In this document: positions 12,401-26,209 of the stretch, piece after piece
Position numbering within the stretch: the first letter of the stretch is position 1
Layout: each line of letters begins with the position of its first letter
Source: Chiloscyllium plagiosum
Lineage: Eukaryota
DNA: 64,000 nucleotides
Assembly: GCF_004010195.1 (NCBI RefSeq)
Contig: NC_057719.1
Coordinates: 90,549,756-90,613,755 of the forward strand
Reading direction: 5' to 3'
The notes under the pieces: generated by a model
Databases searched by the model: none
Told to the model about the DNA's origin: nothing
The model's input: the letters and a program-made list of their open reading frames with translations, nothing else
Program-made: the position numbers and the translations under genes

Positions 12401-14308
12401 TAATCCGATCATAACCACTCTGCTGCAATTTCAAATGTCCCTTATCATCCAGATGCGTCTCTTGCAATAAGACAATATCCACCCTTTCCTTTGTAAGACT
12501 GGAGAGTACCTTTTTCCTCCAAACGGCGAGTGGCTCCCCTTAATATTCCAGGCACACCATTTAGGCACACCAAAGCCGTTGCATTCTGTAGCAACATTTA
12601 GACTCCAGAAATGTTGAACTCAAATTACAACGCGCTGACCCTCATTGAAAGAAAATCCACAGACCATAACAACTACAAAAACTAAAACAGCTACAACTAA
12701 CAAATTTACAAAACTTTCAAAAACTATGTACAACAAAAAACAACTGCATGTAAAGTGTCAATTTACCCCCCGCTCAGAGTGGACACCTACACACCCCAAG
12801 ACCCTGTTTCCCGCTCCGTTGCCAATATGGCAACCAAGGTAGTTAAATACCAGAACCCGGCTTAAACTGCCCGTCCATAGGCATCTTGCCATCCCAACCA
12901 CCTTCTTAACTCCTCCTGCCTGGGGCTGCACCACAAACACAGACAGAAAAAGGGAAAATAAAAAAAAAGAATAGTAATGTGAACAAAGGTGTTAAAAGTA
13001 AATACCCGATTCATTCCCGGTATAGCTTAACTTAGAAGCGAGAAGTGAATATTCTGTCCATTCCCGAGTGTAATTGAACGCAGATTATTACCAACAAGAA
13101 AGAAAACCCCAACTAGACTTCCTTTAAGAAGAACTGACCCAAACAACGCTATTACCTGTACCTATTAAATTTTCTAGTCTAAGTTAGTGTGCCCACAAAG
13201 TTTCTTGCTTTCTCTGGTGAGTGAAGTAAGTGTACAGATCCATTAAAGGTAAGCCTAAACACTGCTGGATATCTTAGAGAGTACTGGATCCCAAGCTCTC
13301 TTAATCTTTTCTTGATGCCAATGTAGGATTTCTTTTTCCAGATCACCGCTGCCGAGAAGTCCTGAAAAAACGTGATCCTGGAGCCCTCGCAAACCAAAGC
13401 CCCTGGATCCTTCCCTTGGGTTGTGAAAACTTCCATGACACTTTGTTTAACTCGATAATTGTGGAACCGCACCAGGATAGAGCTCTGTTAATTTTCATTT
13501 TTCCCATTTTAGCTTCCAAGCTAAGGAATTCTGGCAGCCACTTCGCAAAGAATTCCATTGACTGCTCAACAATTTTTCCCTTGGCAGACCAACAATACCA
13601 AGATTCTTCCTTCTGCCCCTATTCTCAAGATCATCAACATGATCGAGTAGACCACGGACCTGCATTTCCAGGGCTTTGATCTTAACCTTAGAAAAGTCAA
13701 TCTTGGCCTCCAGCACTGTGACTCGGCGTTCGACCTCGTCTGACCTTATCCCGAGGTCACCCAGCTGTGCTCATCCTTCTGAAACATAGCAGATATCAGG
13801 GCCAGCTTTTCCTTGATCTGCTTTCCTGGCATCTTGCAAGACTTTGTGAGCTCTGCAACCAAGGCCTGGTAAGTAATCAGGTCCAATGCGCCAATGAGTT
13901 GGGTTGCAGCCCCAGCCTCTGGTGAGCTCCTTTCTTTCTTTGGCATTTCCTCGCGATGGGAATGAAGGTAAGTAAGACTTTAAAGTTCTACGGCTCTTTA
14001 ACAGACTTTGTGTGTAGAAATGACTTGACTGGGTGGGCTGCAGCTCTGCCTCGCCTGTGTTGTAGTGCAAAGTCCAGCAAAGCTATCATTTCAGATTGCT
14101 GCCATCTTGGAACTCCCATTTTTTTCCCTCTTAATCAACTTCTTGAACCTTCTTTGCTAAATTCTACACTGCTTCCAAACCTGAGGTTTGCTACATTCTC
14201 TAGTAAATTGATATGGCTCCTCTCTGAAGTTAGTATTACCTTCAATTTATTTTGTTAGTCATAGTTGAGCACTTCTCTTTTTCTGTTCTTTTGTCTAAAA
14301 GGAATGCA

Positions 14309-14521
14309 CAGGTCATTCTGCAATAACGCGACAGTTGTGTTCCTCTGCAACCTCGTGCTATGGAAAAATGCTACCAAAAATTGCACTGTAGAAGATCGCT
14401 AATAGAAAATTGCAATACCCGCTCGGTAGATGGTTCGCGTTATCCAAACAATGCCCACAGTTTGTCAATCACGATATAGCCAATTCGTGCTGACGAAATG
14501 CATATTATAGCAAAACAACTG
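14309..14521. mobile_element. Tc1/mariner (Tigger-like) MITE, decayed
   Basis: Imperfect TIRs caggtcattctgcaataacgc / gcattatatagcaaaacaactg; interrupts the old CR1. Confidence 0.55.
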
Positions 14522-14669
14522 TCCAGCTATTGCAATGCATGCATTCAATTCCTAGACACTAACCATTGCCTATACAGTGTCGCGCCTTTCAATGAAGTTA
14601 CCCAATATATAGCAGCCAACTCACCCCTCACATCTTTGTAAATTCCTTCATTAAAATTTAGGACCCTAG

Positions 14670-16585
14670 TCACAGAGTCATAGACATGTACAGCACGGAA
14701 ACAGACCCTTCGGTCCAACTCGTCCGTGCTGACCAGATATCCCAACCCAATCGAGTCCCATCTGCCAGCACCCGGCCCATATCCCTCCAAACCCAACCTA
14801 TTCATATACCCATCCAGATGTCTTTTAAATATTGCAATCGTATTAGCCTCCATCACTTTCTCTGGAAGCTCATTCCAATCATGCACCACCCTCTATGTGA
14901 AAACGTTGCCCCTTAGGTCTCTATTATATCTTTCCCCTCTCACCCTAAAACTATGCCGTCTGTTCTGGACTCCCCTACCCCAGGGAAATGACTTTGCCTA
15001 TTTATCCTGTCTATGACCCTCATGATTTTATAAACTTCTATAAGGTCAGCCCCTCAGCCTCCGACACTCCAGGGAAAACAGCCCCAGCCTATTCTACCTC
15101 TTCCTATAGCTCAAATTCTCCAACCCTGGCAACATCCTTGTAAATCTTCTCTGAACCCTTTCAAGTTTCACAATATCCTTCCGATAGGAAGGAGACCAGA
15201 ATTGCACGCAATATTTCAACAATGCCCTAACTAATATCCTGTACGGCCGCAACATGACCTCCCAACTCCTGTACTCAACACTCTGACCAATAAAGGAAAG
15301 CATACCAAATGCCTTCTTCACTCTCCTATCTAACTGCGACTCTATTTTCAAGGAACTATAAACCTGCATTCCAAGGTCTCTTTGTTCAGCAACACTCCCC
15401 TGGACCTTACCATTAAGTGTATAAGTGCTGCTAAGATTTGCTTTCCCAAAATGCAGCACCTCACATTTTTCTGAATTAAACTCCATTTGCCACTTCTCAG
15501 CCCAGTGGTCCATCTGATCAAGATCCTATTGAAATCTGAGGTAACCTTCTTCACTGTCCATTACACCTCCAATTTTGGTGTCATCTGCAAACCTACTAAC
15601 TATACCTCTTATGCTCACATCCAACTAATTTATATTAATGACGAAAAGTAGTGGACCCAGCACCAATCCTTGTGGTCACAGGCCTCCAGTCTGAAAAACA
15701 ACCCTCCACCTCCATCCTCTCTCTTCTACCTTTGAACCAGTTCTGTATCCAAATGGCTAGTTCTCCCTGTATTCCATGTGATCTAACCTTGCTAACCAAT
15801 GTCCCATGGGGAACCTTGTTGAAAGCCTGACAAACGTCGATATAGATCACAACCATTGCTCTGCCCTTATCAATCCTCTTTAAAGGATACTTCTTCAGAA
15901 GCGGTTACTTCCTCAAAAAACTCTATCAAATTCGTGAAACATGATTTCCCATAGACAAAGCCACGTTGACTATCCTTAATCAGTCCTTGCCTTTCCAAAT
16001 ACATGTACATCCTGTCCCTCAAAATTCCCTCCAACAACTTGCCCACCACTGGTCTATAGTTCCCTGGCTTGTCCTTACCACCTTTCTTAAAATAGTGGCA
16101 TCATGTTAGCCAACCTCCTAGGGAAGTCTTCTGGCACCTCACCTGTGACTATCGATGGTACAAATATCTCAGCAAGAGACCCAGCATCACTTCCCTAGAT
16201 TGCCACAGATTTCGAAGGTACACCTGATCAGGTCCTGGGGATATATCCACCTTTATGCATTTCAAGACATCCAGCACTTCCTCCTCTGTAACATGGACAT
16301 TTTTCAAGATGTCACCATCTATTTCCCTACATTCTATACCTTCCATGTCCTTTTCCACAGAAAAACCCTGATGCAAAACACTCGTTTAGTATCTCACCCA
16401 TATCCTGTGGTTCCACACAAAGGCTGCCTTGCTGATCTTTGAGGGGTTGAAAAATGTGGTGCTGGAAAAACACAACAGGCCAGGCAGCATCTGAGGAGCA
16501 GAAGAATCAATGTATTTGTAAAAACCCTTTGGATTCTCCTTAACTCTATTTGCCAAAGCTATCTCATGTCCTCCCTTTTTTTTGG
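14670..16585 (-). mobile_element. CR1 (HER1-like) LINE, 5'-truncated
   Basis: AFNKVPHG, WAEKWQMEFN, YCVQFWSP and ERVQRRFTRMLPG motifs; 3' tail at 14670. A family A repeat fragment sits at about 16447-16513. Confidence 0.9.
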
Positions 16586-16950
16586 ACTGGACTGCTTCAC
16601 TTTCTATCCCAATGGAGAATAAGGCAAGTCTTATCACATTCCTCTTTGATCACCCTCTCCTCATTTGGTTTCATTTTCCTTTATGTGGCATGATGTCAAC
16701 TTACACTCTGATATGCACTATTACATTGTTAAAAGCACTATATAAATGAAGGTCATTGTTGCTTTGAAAACTGATAGCAACAAGGATCCAACAAGGGATA
16801 AATATAACTTCTCAAATGAACAATACTAGTGACAAAATCACAACTTTAACGGATGTCTGATGAGAATTCCATTGGGTTTGGCTTCAGGAGAAAGTAAACA
16901 GAGATACACCTACTTAAATAAAGATATTGCAACTTGGAATCAGTTCATAC

Positions 16951-17202
16951 CTGGCCTGGCAAGGCTGGCAGGAATTGGCTGGGTTGACTCTGAGGTAAGA
17001 CTGTTTGGTTTTTGGGCTCCACCAGAAAAGTGTTGGCTGGTATGAGGACAGTGTTTGTTTGTACTCCAGGTCTACTTCCAGATGGTGGGACACTGCTGGC
17101 AGAGAGTGGTACAGCCAAGCCATTGCCAGAGGTCAGTGAGAGGCCTTTCTCCTGTTGGAGCTTCAAGGCTTGCTGGTAAAGGAGCTGCTGTTTTTGCTCT
17201 TT
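16951..17202 (-). CDS. BICRA: BICRA-family exon, 252 nt (KEQKQQLLYQQALKLQQE...PALPGQ)
   Basis: Acceptor cttttttatttccag|AAA, donor CAG|gtatga, phase 0-0, open frame in non-repetitive sequence; composition continues the large exon. Confidence 0.8.
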
Positions 17203-17249
17203 CTGGAAATAAAAAAGGTGCAAAAATAATTCATTTTAATAAACACTTT

Positions 17250-18025
17250 AGCAGCCAGCCATGTCCAAATGCAGCAAGACCTGGACAATATCCAGTGGTA
17301 AGGAACATTTGCGCCATACAAATGTCAGATAATGACAATCTCCAACAGGAGAGAATTTAACCATCACCCATTGATAGTCAATGGTGTTACCATCATCAAA
17401 TCCCCCATTGTCAACATCCTGGAACTTAGCATTGACCAAAAACTCCACTGGACTCACCACATAGACACAACGACTACAAGATCAGATCAGAATACAGTGG
17501 CAGGTAACTCACTTCCTGCTTCCTCAGAGCCAAAGTACCATCTTCTAGGCACAAATAAGGGTGCGTTAATACTCCCCACTTGCCTGGATTGATGCAGATC
17601 CAACACTCAAGAATTTTGACACCATCCCGGACAAAGCAGCCCACTTGATTGGCACCACATGCACATTTCTCCACTCCCTCTACCATTGTCATTCGGTAGC
17701 AGCAGTGTGGATTAACTAACTACAAGATGCACTGCAAAAACTTACCAAGGCTATTTGCAAACCCAAGACCTCTACGATTTAGAAGGAAAGGGCAGCAGAT
17801 ACATGGGAACATCATCACCTGCAAGTTCTTCGCCAAGCCACTCACCATCCTGACTTGGAAATATATCACCAATAATACAGAAAACCTCCATAAGGGCATT
17901 ACGGTTCAACCGACAGCACATGGACTACAGTGGTTCAAAAAGGCAGCTACCACTGAAGGACCATTGGGGATGGGCAATAAATGCTCTGCTTGTCATATCA
18001 CTAATATCCAGTGAAAGAATGCCAA
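17250..18025 (+). mobile_element. CR1/L2-superfamily LINE, second family, 3' part
   Basis: QMQQDLDNIQ-like RT end and 3' end gggcaataaatgct. Related pieces at about 28460-28990 (-) and 32915-33235 (+). Confidence 0.7.
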
Positions 18026-18099
18026 AATAAAAATAGACCTTTGTAGAATTAAGAGAAATCACCTTTACTGATAATACAAATCTCAACAAGAAAATGTGG

Positions 18100-19790
18100 C
18101 TTCTTTATTACAATGACAATGTACATCGAAATAGTTCTAAAAACATGGTGATGCTGTGTTCCAAGCATCCAGCCACACAAGGAGATAGTTTGACAGACAA
18201 TATAGCTTGGTCAAAGAGGCCAGTTTTAAGACAGCAGTTCAAAGGAAAAGACAGTGATGGGGAAGGGCATTCCTGAATGCAGGACCCAGGTACTTGAATG
18301 TGGAAAAACTGGAAATCAGGAATGCTCAGGAAGCCAGAAATGGTGATGTGCAGCAAATTCTGGGGCTAAGACTGGAGGAAATCACAGAGATGGGAAAAGA
18401 ATAATGAAGATTTTAAAACATGCTGAACTGGGGGCCAATGCCATCAGCAAGTAATTGAAAGTTGGGCGTGAATGGCTGGAATGAGCTGATTCACCAGCAG
18501 CTGAGGCTTTCAAAGACCTCAAGTTTGTGGGCGATCGAACTATGGACGGTGCAAAGAAACAGACTGCAACAATCAAATCAATAAATAATGAAGAAATTAG
18601 TGATGGCTTCAGCAGCAGATGAAATCAGGCAAGGGTGGAAAAAGGCATGAATGAGTCTTTCAAGACAATATTGGAAACTTGGTTAGAAATTATGTGCAAG
18701 AGTCTAGGGGACAAAGCAGGAAATCAGCATGAATGACACTCATTCGAACAGCTGGTGTGGAGGCAATGGCCTGAATGTTTTCCTTCTGTGTCACAACAAG
18801 AATTCTGTGATTTTTTTTCAGAATGCGGTCAGATGCTCATCTCCAGGTCAAATCCAACAGTAGGATCGGAGCAGTCTGGTTCCAGCTCAGACTGTTGTGA
18901 CAGGGAGAGAGAAGGATGGAGTCTATAGCTGCAAAATGGAGTTTGCAGCAGGATGGTGATGGAAACACAGCTTCGGTCTTCCGAATGTTTTGTTGGAGGT
19001 TATCTGTACTCATCAAGAACTGAATGTTGGTCACATTGAATTTAGTGACAGTGGAGGAATGCAAATAGGCGCTGGTAAGGTAGAGCTGGATATTGCCAGC
19101 ATACATGTGAAAACTAACATTGTGCTTTCAGGTAATGTCACCGAAGGATAACATGTAGATAAGAAACTGGAGGTGGTCAAAGATAGATCCTTGGTAATAG
19201 AGATAATAGTGTAGGGATGGGAAGAGGAGCCATTGCAAGTGATACTCTGAAAATAATGACAGGGATAAGAATGGAACCAGGAGAGCGAAGCTGGAAAGTC
19301 TGGACAGAATGCTGAAAGATGATGATATGCAGTTTGTTTAGGTGAGGAGGCAAAGTGTGCCTTTGTCAATGTCACATAGGAAGCCAATCACTTTAATAAG
19401 AGTTATACAAGACAGAAAGCTGAGAGGAGAGATTCAAACATGGAGTTTCGGGACAGATTTGGCAGGTCACAACATCATCAAGGACTTTGGAAAGGGAGGT
19501 GGAGAGGGAAGCTGGTGAGTTGCAAGGACAGTCAGTACTTTTGTTATTGAGGATGGGGTGATTTGAAGGAGGAGGGGAGGGAGGGAGGGAAATACAACAT
19601 AAGATGAGAGAATTGCAATAAGATCACCTAATGTGGAGTCCAGAAGGACTATTGTGTAGTTAGCACTTTAAGGTTGAGGGCATAGGAAGGGGTCTTGTGG
19701 ACACAATGAGCTTGAAAGAAGCTTGAGGAACGATAACAGCTAAGCTTAGGGTTAGGTTGGGGCAAAAGGAAGTTGGGTTGTGGCAAGTCA
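18100..19790 (-). mobile_element. Old L2 LINE fragment
   Basis: MYAGNIQLYL is a decayed YADDTQLYL motif; purine-rich plus strand typical of reversed L2. Confidence 0.65.
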
Positions 19791-19796
19791 GGAGAA

Positions 19797-22700
19797 TGTA
19801 GAACATAGAACAGTACAGGCCCTTCCATCCTTAGTGTTGTGCAGCCTTCTATCCTACTCTAAGATCAGATTGATCTATATATTACATTGTAATAACTTTC
19901 ATGTGCCTTTTTATTAATGACTTATTAATGACTTAGATGAGGGAGTCGAAGGNNNNNNNNNNNNNNNNNNNNNNNNNNNNNNNNNNNNNNNNNNNNNNNN
20001 NNNNNNNNNNNNNNNNNNNNNNNNNNNNNNNNNNNNNNNNNNNNNNNNNNNNNNNNNNNNNNNNNNNNNNNNNNNNNNNNNNNNNNNNNTAGGAACGATG
20101 TGGAAGCTTTGGAGAGGGTGCAGAGAAGATTTACTAGGATGTTGCCTGGAATGGAGAATAGGTCGTACGAGGATAGGTTGAGAGTTCTCGGCCTTTTCTC
20201 GTTGGAACGGCGTAGGATGAGGGGTGACTTGATAGAGGTTTATAAGATGATCAGAGGAATAGATAGAGTAGACAGTCAGAGACATTTTCCTCCGGGTACA
20301 ACAGAGTGTTACAAGGGGACATAAATTTAAGGTGAAGGGTGGAAGGTATAGGGGAGATGTCAGGGGTGGGTTCTTTACCCAGAGAGTGGTGGGGGCATGG
20401 AATGCGCTGCCCGTGGGAGTGGTAGAGTCGGAATCATTGGCGACCTTTAAGCGGCATTTGGATAGGTACATGGATGGGTACTTAATCTAGGTTAGAAGTT
20501 CGGCACAACATCGTGGGCCGAAGGGCCTGTTCTGTGCTGTATTGTTCTACGTTCTATATCCAAGAATCACTTAAATATCCCTAATGTATCTGACTTGACC
20601 GCCACTGCTGGCAGTGCAATCCACGCACCTACCACTCTCTGAGTAAAGAACCTACCTCTGACATCTCCCCTAACCTTCCTCTAATTATCTTAAAATGATG
20701 CCCCCTTGTGACAGACATTTCCGCCCTGGGAAAAAGTCTCTGGCTATCCAATCTATCTATGTCTCTCAAAATCCCGTACACCTCTATCAAGTCACCTCTA
20801 ATCCTTCTTCGCTCCTATGAGAAATGCCTTAGCTCCCTCAACCTTTCTTTATAAAACATGTCCTCCAGTCCAGGCAGCTTCCTGGTTAATCTCCTCCACA
20901 CCCTCTCTAAAGCTTCCACACCTTTACTATAAAGAGGCAACTAGAACTGAACACAATATTCCAAGTGTGGCCTAACCAGGGCTCTATAGAGCTGCAGCAT
21001 AACCTCACGGCTCTTAAACCCAATTCCCCTGTTAATGAAAGCCAACACACCATACATCTTCTGAACAACCCTATCAACGTGGGTGGTGACTTTGAAGGAT
21101 TGATGGACATAGACCCCAAGATCTCTCTGTTCCTCCACACTGCCAGGAATCCTGCCTTTAATCCTGTATTCTGTATTCAAATTTTATCTTCCAAAGTGAA
21201 TGGCCTGACACTTTTCCAGATTAAACTCCATCTGCCACTTAACAGCTCAGATCTGCACCCTGTCAATGTCTTGTTGCAATCTACAACAACCCTCCACACT
21301 ATCCAGAACTTCATCAACCCTCGTGTCATTGGCAAACTTACTACCCCCCTTCTACTTCCTCATCCAAGTCACTTATAAAAATCACAAACAGCAGACATCC
21401 CAGAACGGATCCCAGTGGAACACTACTGGTTACCGAACTCAGGCTGGATATTTTCCATCTACCACCACCCACTGTTTTCTTTGGGCCAGCCAATTCTGTA
21501 TTCAGACGGACAGTGTTCCTTGTATCCCAGGCCTCCTTACATTCTGAATGAGCCTCCATGGGAGTCTTATCAAACGCCTTGCTAAAATCCATTTACACCA
21601 TATCCACTGCTCTACCTTCAACAATGTTTTTTGTAACATCCTCAAAGAATTCAATAAGGTTTGTGAGGCATGACCTGTCCCTAACAAAGCCATGCTGACT
21701 ATCTCTAATCAAACTATGGTTTTCCAAGTAATTATAAATCCTGACCCTCAGAATCCTGTCCAATAATTTGCCTGCCACAGATGTAAGACTGACTGGTTTG
21801 TAATTCCCAGGATTATTCCCTTTCATGAACAAGGGAATAATATTTATGATCCTCCAATCATCTGGCACTACTCCAGTGGACAGTGAGGATGCAAAGATTA
21901 TCACCAGAGGCACAGCAATCTCTTCCCTCGCTTACCTAGAGTATATCCCATCTGGCCCAGGTAATTAATGTACCCTTATGTTTTTCAAAATGTTCAGCAT
22001 ATCATCCTTTCTAACATCAACTTGGTCGAGCATATCAGTCTGTTACACGCTGTCCTCAGAAACATCAAGGTCCCTCTCAGTAGTTAATACTGAAGCAAGG
22101 TATTTATTTAGGACCTCCCCTACTTCCTCCAATTCCAGTTCCTTGCACTCTCCCTATTTGGTCCTACCCTCACTCTCGCCATTCTCCTGTTCCTCACATA
22201 AGCATAGAACGCCTTAGGGTTTTCCTTAATCCTACCCACTAAAGCTTTGTCATACCCCCTCTAGCTCTCCTAAGTCCATTCTTCAGTTCCTTCCTGGCTA
22301 CTTTGTAACTCTCTAGAGCCCTGTCCGATCCTTACCTCCTCAACCTTACGTAAGCTTCCTTCTTCCTCTTGACTAGATGTTCCACATCCCTTGTCACCCA
22401 AGGTTCTTTCAACCTCAGTGGGACAAACTTTCCTATATGATCAGCAGGTGCTTCCTAAACAACCTCCACATTTCTGTTGTGCATTTCCCTGGGAACTTCA
22501 GTGCCAATTTGGTGCCCCATTTTCTGCCTAAAAGCATTGTAATTCCCCCTCCCTCAATTAAATACTTTCCCATATTGTCTGCTCCTATCCCTTTCCATGA
22601 CTTTCATAACATTCATGGAGTTGCGATTACTATCACCAAAATGCTGTCCCACCGAGAGATCTGATACCTGACATGGCTCGTTGCCAAGCACCAAATCCAA

Positions 22701-23995
22701 TATGGCCTCCCTTCTGGTCAGCCTATCTACATATTGCATCAAGAACCCTTCTGAGACACACCTGACAAAAACTGCTCCAATATTTGAACTAAGTGGGTTC
22801 CAATCAATATTAAGTTAAAGACACCCATGACAACAACTCTGTTACTTCTACACATTTCCAATATCTGCTTCCCAATCTGTTCCTCTGTGTCTCTGTTGCT
22901 ACTGGGGGGCCTGTTGAAAACTTCCAGTAGAGTGACTGCTCCTCTCCTGTTTCTGACTTCCACCCATATTGACTCAGTAGGCAAACCCTCTTCAACGACC
23001 TCCCTTTCTGCAACCATGATACTATCTCTGATTAGCAATGCCACTCCTCCACCTCTTTTATCTACCCCCCCATTCCTTCTGAAACATCTAAATCCTGGAA
23101 CATTCACTACCATTCCTGCCCCTGTAATATCCAAGTCTCCGTAATGGCCACAACATCAGAGTTCCAAGTACTGATCCATGCTCTGAGTTCATCACCCTTA
23201 TTCCTGACATTTTTTGCATTAAAATAGACAACTTATCATACTGACTGTACTTTTGCCCTATCAAGTGCATATCCCTCCTCACAGTCTCTCTGCATGCTGT
23301 ATCTGACTGTTCACTACCTACTCCATCATCTGATCCGTATAGCTCAGGTTCCCACCCCGCTGCCAATCGAGTTTAACCCCTCCCAAAAGTGCCAGTAAAC
23401 CTCCTGTCCAGGATCTTGGTGCCCCTCCAGTTCAGGTGTAACCTGCCCTTCTTGACAGGTCCCACCTTCCCCAGAAGTATCCCAAGATCACATATCTGAA
23501 GCCTTCCCACCTGCATCAGCCCTGCGTTCAGCTTCACTTGCTCTTTAATCCTAGCCTCACTAGCATGTGGCACCTGTAGAAAGCCTGAGATTACTCCTCT
23601 GTTCATCCGGCCTTCTAGCTTCCAATATAACTTCCTATATTCTCTTTTCAGGTCCTCCTCCCTTTCCCTACCTATGTCATTGGTACCAATGTGTACCATG
23701 ACTTCTGGCTGCTCTCCCACCCCTTAAGAATCCTGGAGCCTGGTGGCAACACACCATCCAGGAGTCTTGCTCGCAACCACAGAATGTCCCGTCTGTACCT
23801 CTAACAACTGACTCTCATACCATTATTGTTCTCCGATTCTCCGCCCTTCCCTTGTGAGCCACAGTGCCCGAAACCTGGCCGCTGTGGTTTTCCCCTGGTA
23901 CGTTGTCCCCTAAAACAGTATCCAAATGGTATTCTTATTATTGAGGGAACGGCCACAGGAGCTCCCTGCACTGTCTGCCTATTCCCTTTCCCTCA
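19797..23995 (-). mobile_element. Long CR1 LINE (ORF1 esterase + ORF2), interrupted by a plus-strand CR1 at about 19915-20555
   Basis: ORF1 QPEVMVHIGTNDIG (GDSL/SGNH esterase), endonuclease RGGGVALLIR...TESIWVE, RT NYKPVSLTS...SQHGF...SCLTNL and DFSKAFDK. Confidence 0.9.
19953..20089. other. Assembly gap (137 N) inside a young plus-strand CR1
   Basis: Run of N. Confidence 1.
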
Positions 23996-24824
23996 AGGTA
24001 GCTTGGACCATTTTGATCTTGAAAACCTACTAGTCGCTTCTCCCTCATTTAGTCACCTAACTTTCCTTCAATCCATCAAAGCAGTATACCTCAACCCTTC
24101 TCCCCACACCACAGCCCTGCATTTCACTCTCCCCGTGTCACCAAGGGGAGAGGGCTCGTAAAAGTAATCTTACGATTATTTACCCCTCCACCCCCAATTT
24201 GTATGAAATTCAAGGGAGTTTAATTGGACTGTCGCCCTTAGGCTAACTTTAAACAGTCAATTAAGCCTTTAAACAGTCAATTAAGGACCTATCACATGAA
24301 AGTCGGGAAACTATATACTGTATATGTGTGTATAGACACACACACACCCCACTGGGGGTGGCAGTGATTCCTCCTACTGCTGGGACCACTGAGATACACA
24401 GAGAATATCCTATCTCCGACAGGGTGAAAGCTCCACACTATTAACGGGCAATTGTCCATTGGGTGACAGCAGGGGAACAGTCCTTCCTGCTTAGTGTGAA
24501 TCAAAGCTGGGGCAGGGGGAAACCACACATTCTGTAAAATCCAGCCTCATGTGGTACTGAGCTCCACATTCCCACACCTTTGGGAAAAATGGGCATCTCC
24601 AAAATTCCCTGTTGGATTTACTAACAGACACCTTAATTTTACATTTTGCAGCTCTGGTGTTGCCCACTTGTGGAGATATCTCCTGCCCTATCAAATCCCT
24701 TTCTCATTTAAAATGATGACTGGATTATCTATGGGTCATCTATTTTTTCAAGACAAAAGAACCAGCCTGTTTAGTCTTCTGTGTTTGATTCCCAATTCTG
24801 ATATATCTTGCAAGCAGGGTTAAC

Positions 24825-25285
24825 ATCCACAGGATGTTTCCGGAACTGGAGGGTTCGAGATATAAAAATAGACTGGAAAGACTGGGACCTTTTTCACTGG
24901 AGCATAGGAGATTGAGGGATGGCCTTATTGAGGTTTACAAAATCATGAAGGGCATAGATAAGGTGAATAACAAGGGTATTTTCCCTAGAGTAGGGGAGTG
25001 CAAAACCAGGAGGCATATTTTTAACGTGAGTGGAGAAAGATTTATAAAAAATATGAGGGGCAATGTTTTTACACAGAGGGTGGTCCGTATGTGGAATAAA
25101 TTGCCAGAGGAAGTGGTAGATCCAGGTACAATTATAACATTTAAAAGACGTTAGGACAGGTACATAGGAAAGGTTTGGAGGGATATGGGCCAAACACAGG
25201 CAAGTGGGACTAGTTTAATTTGGGTGTATCGTTGGCATGGACTGGTTAGACCGAAGAGTCTGTTTCCATGAGTTTATGACTCTAA
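24825..25285 (+). mobile_element. CR1 3' fragment
   Basis: RLERLGPFSLEHRRLR...FTQRVVRMWNKLP followed by the 3' UTR. Confidence 0.85.
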
Positions 25286-26209
25286 CTAGGAGAACCTCTC
25301 CAACCTGGGATACCACCTCATTCAGTTAAGGCTAACATTGACTCCACTGCCTGCCTTTGGTCCTGATACCGAACATACATCTTCAAACTTGAACTGACCT
25401 CCTCAGCATTTTGAGTGCCTTATCCTAGAAGCATAGAACTAGCAGCCATTTGAGCCTGCTATACCAATCAATAAGATTATGTCTGATCTGGTTGTGGTCT
25501 CAAACCCACTTTCCTGTATGTCCCCCATAATCCTTGAGTCCCTGGTATATTAAACATCGATGCTTATGTTATGTCAAAACATCTGACATGTTTTAAAACT
25601 TGTCATCATTCTAAACAAGAATAGATACAGGCGAAAGCTACTCAACCTGTCCTCATGTGACAAGACCGTCAATCCAGGATGAGGTTTCTTCTTAATCTGA
25701 AAAGCAATTTACCTTATCTGGATTCCCACGAGCCAAAAGTGATAAAATATATGAATCATACAAGATTCTTGGACGACTCGACAGGGTAGATGTGGAAATG
25801 TTGTTTCTCAGAGTAAGGAGTCACTTACTTAATATAGAAATTCCACGGGGGAAACAACTTTTCCACATCTACCCTGCCAAGTCCTCTAAGAATCTTTTTC
25901 TCTGAGAGTAGTGGATCTGTGGAATTCTTCACCACAGAGGTCTGTAGATGGTGGGTCATTAAGTATATTCAAGACTGAGATAGAGAGATTTTTAATCAAG
26001 GCAGCAATCAAGGGTTATGGGGAAAAGGCAGGAAAGTGAAGTAAAAGATTATCAGATCAGACATGATCTCATTGAAATGCAGAGTACAGCATAGGCCGAA
26101 TGGCCTATTTCTGCTCCTACATCTTTGTTGTTTTATTGATTTTCTTGAAACACCTTACCTGCAGAAGTATAAAGCATAACCAGTATCTGCTACAACATCA
26201 AAGACTGAC

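Larger units (their letters stand above)
8128..14116 (-). mobile_element. Near full-length, decayed L1-clade LINE
   Basis: ORF1 remnant (DDLENRGRRKNLGIVGLP, RELGIQYSLRYPA) at about 13180-13946. ORF2 with APE endonuclease (WNIKG near 12550), RT (PISLFNVDYKILSK, DQTGFI, EKAFDRVEW, LYMDD) and a C-terminal zinc knuckle (CPKYK...HCLWSC). 5' end ggagttccaagatggc. Confidence 0.9.

Noticed and set aside
24246..24286. 20-bp tandem duplication (ctttaaacagtcaattaag)
   Set aside because: Ordinary slippage duplication with no further structure.
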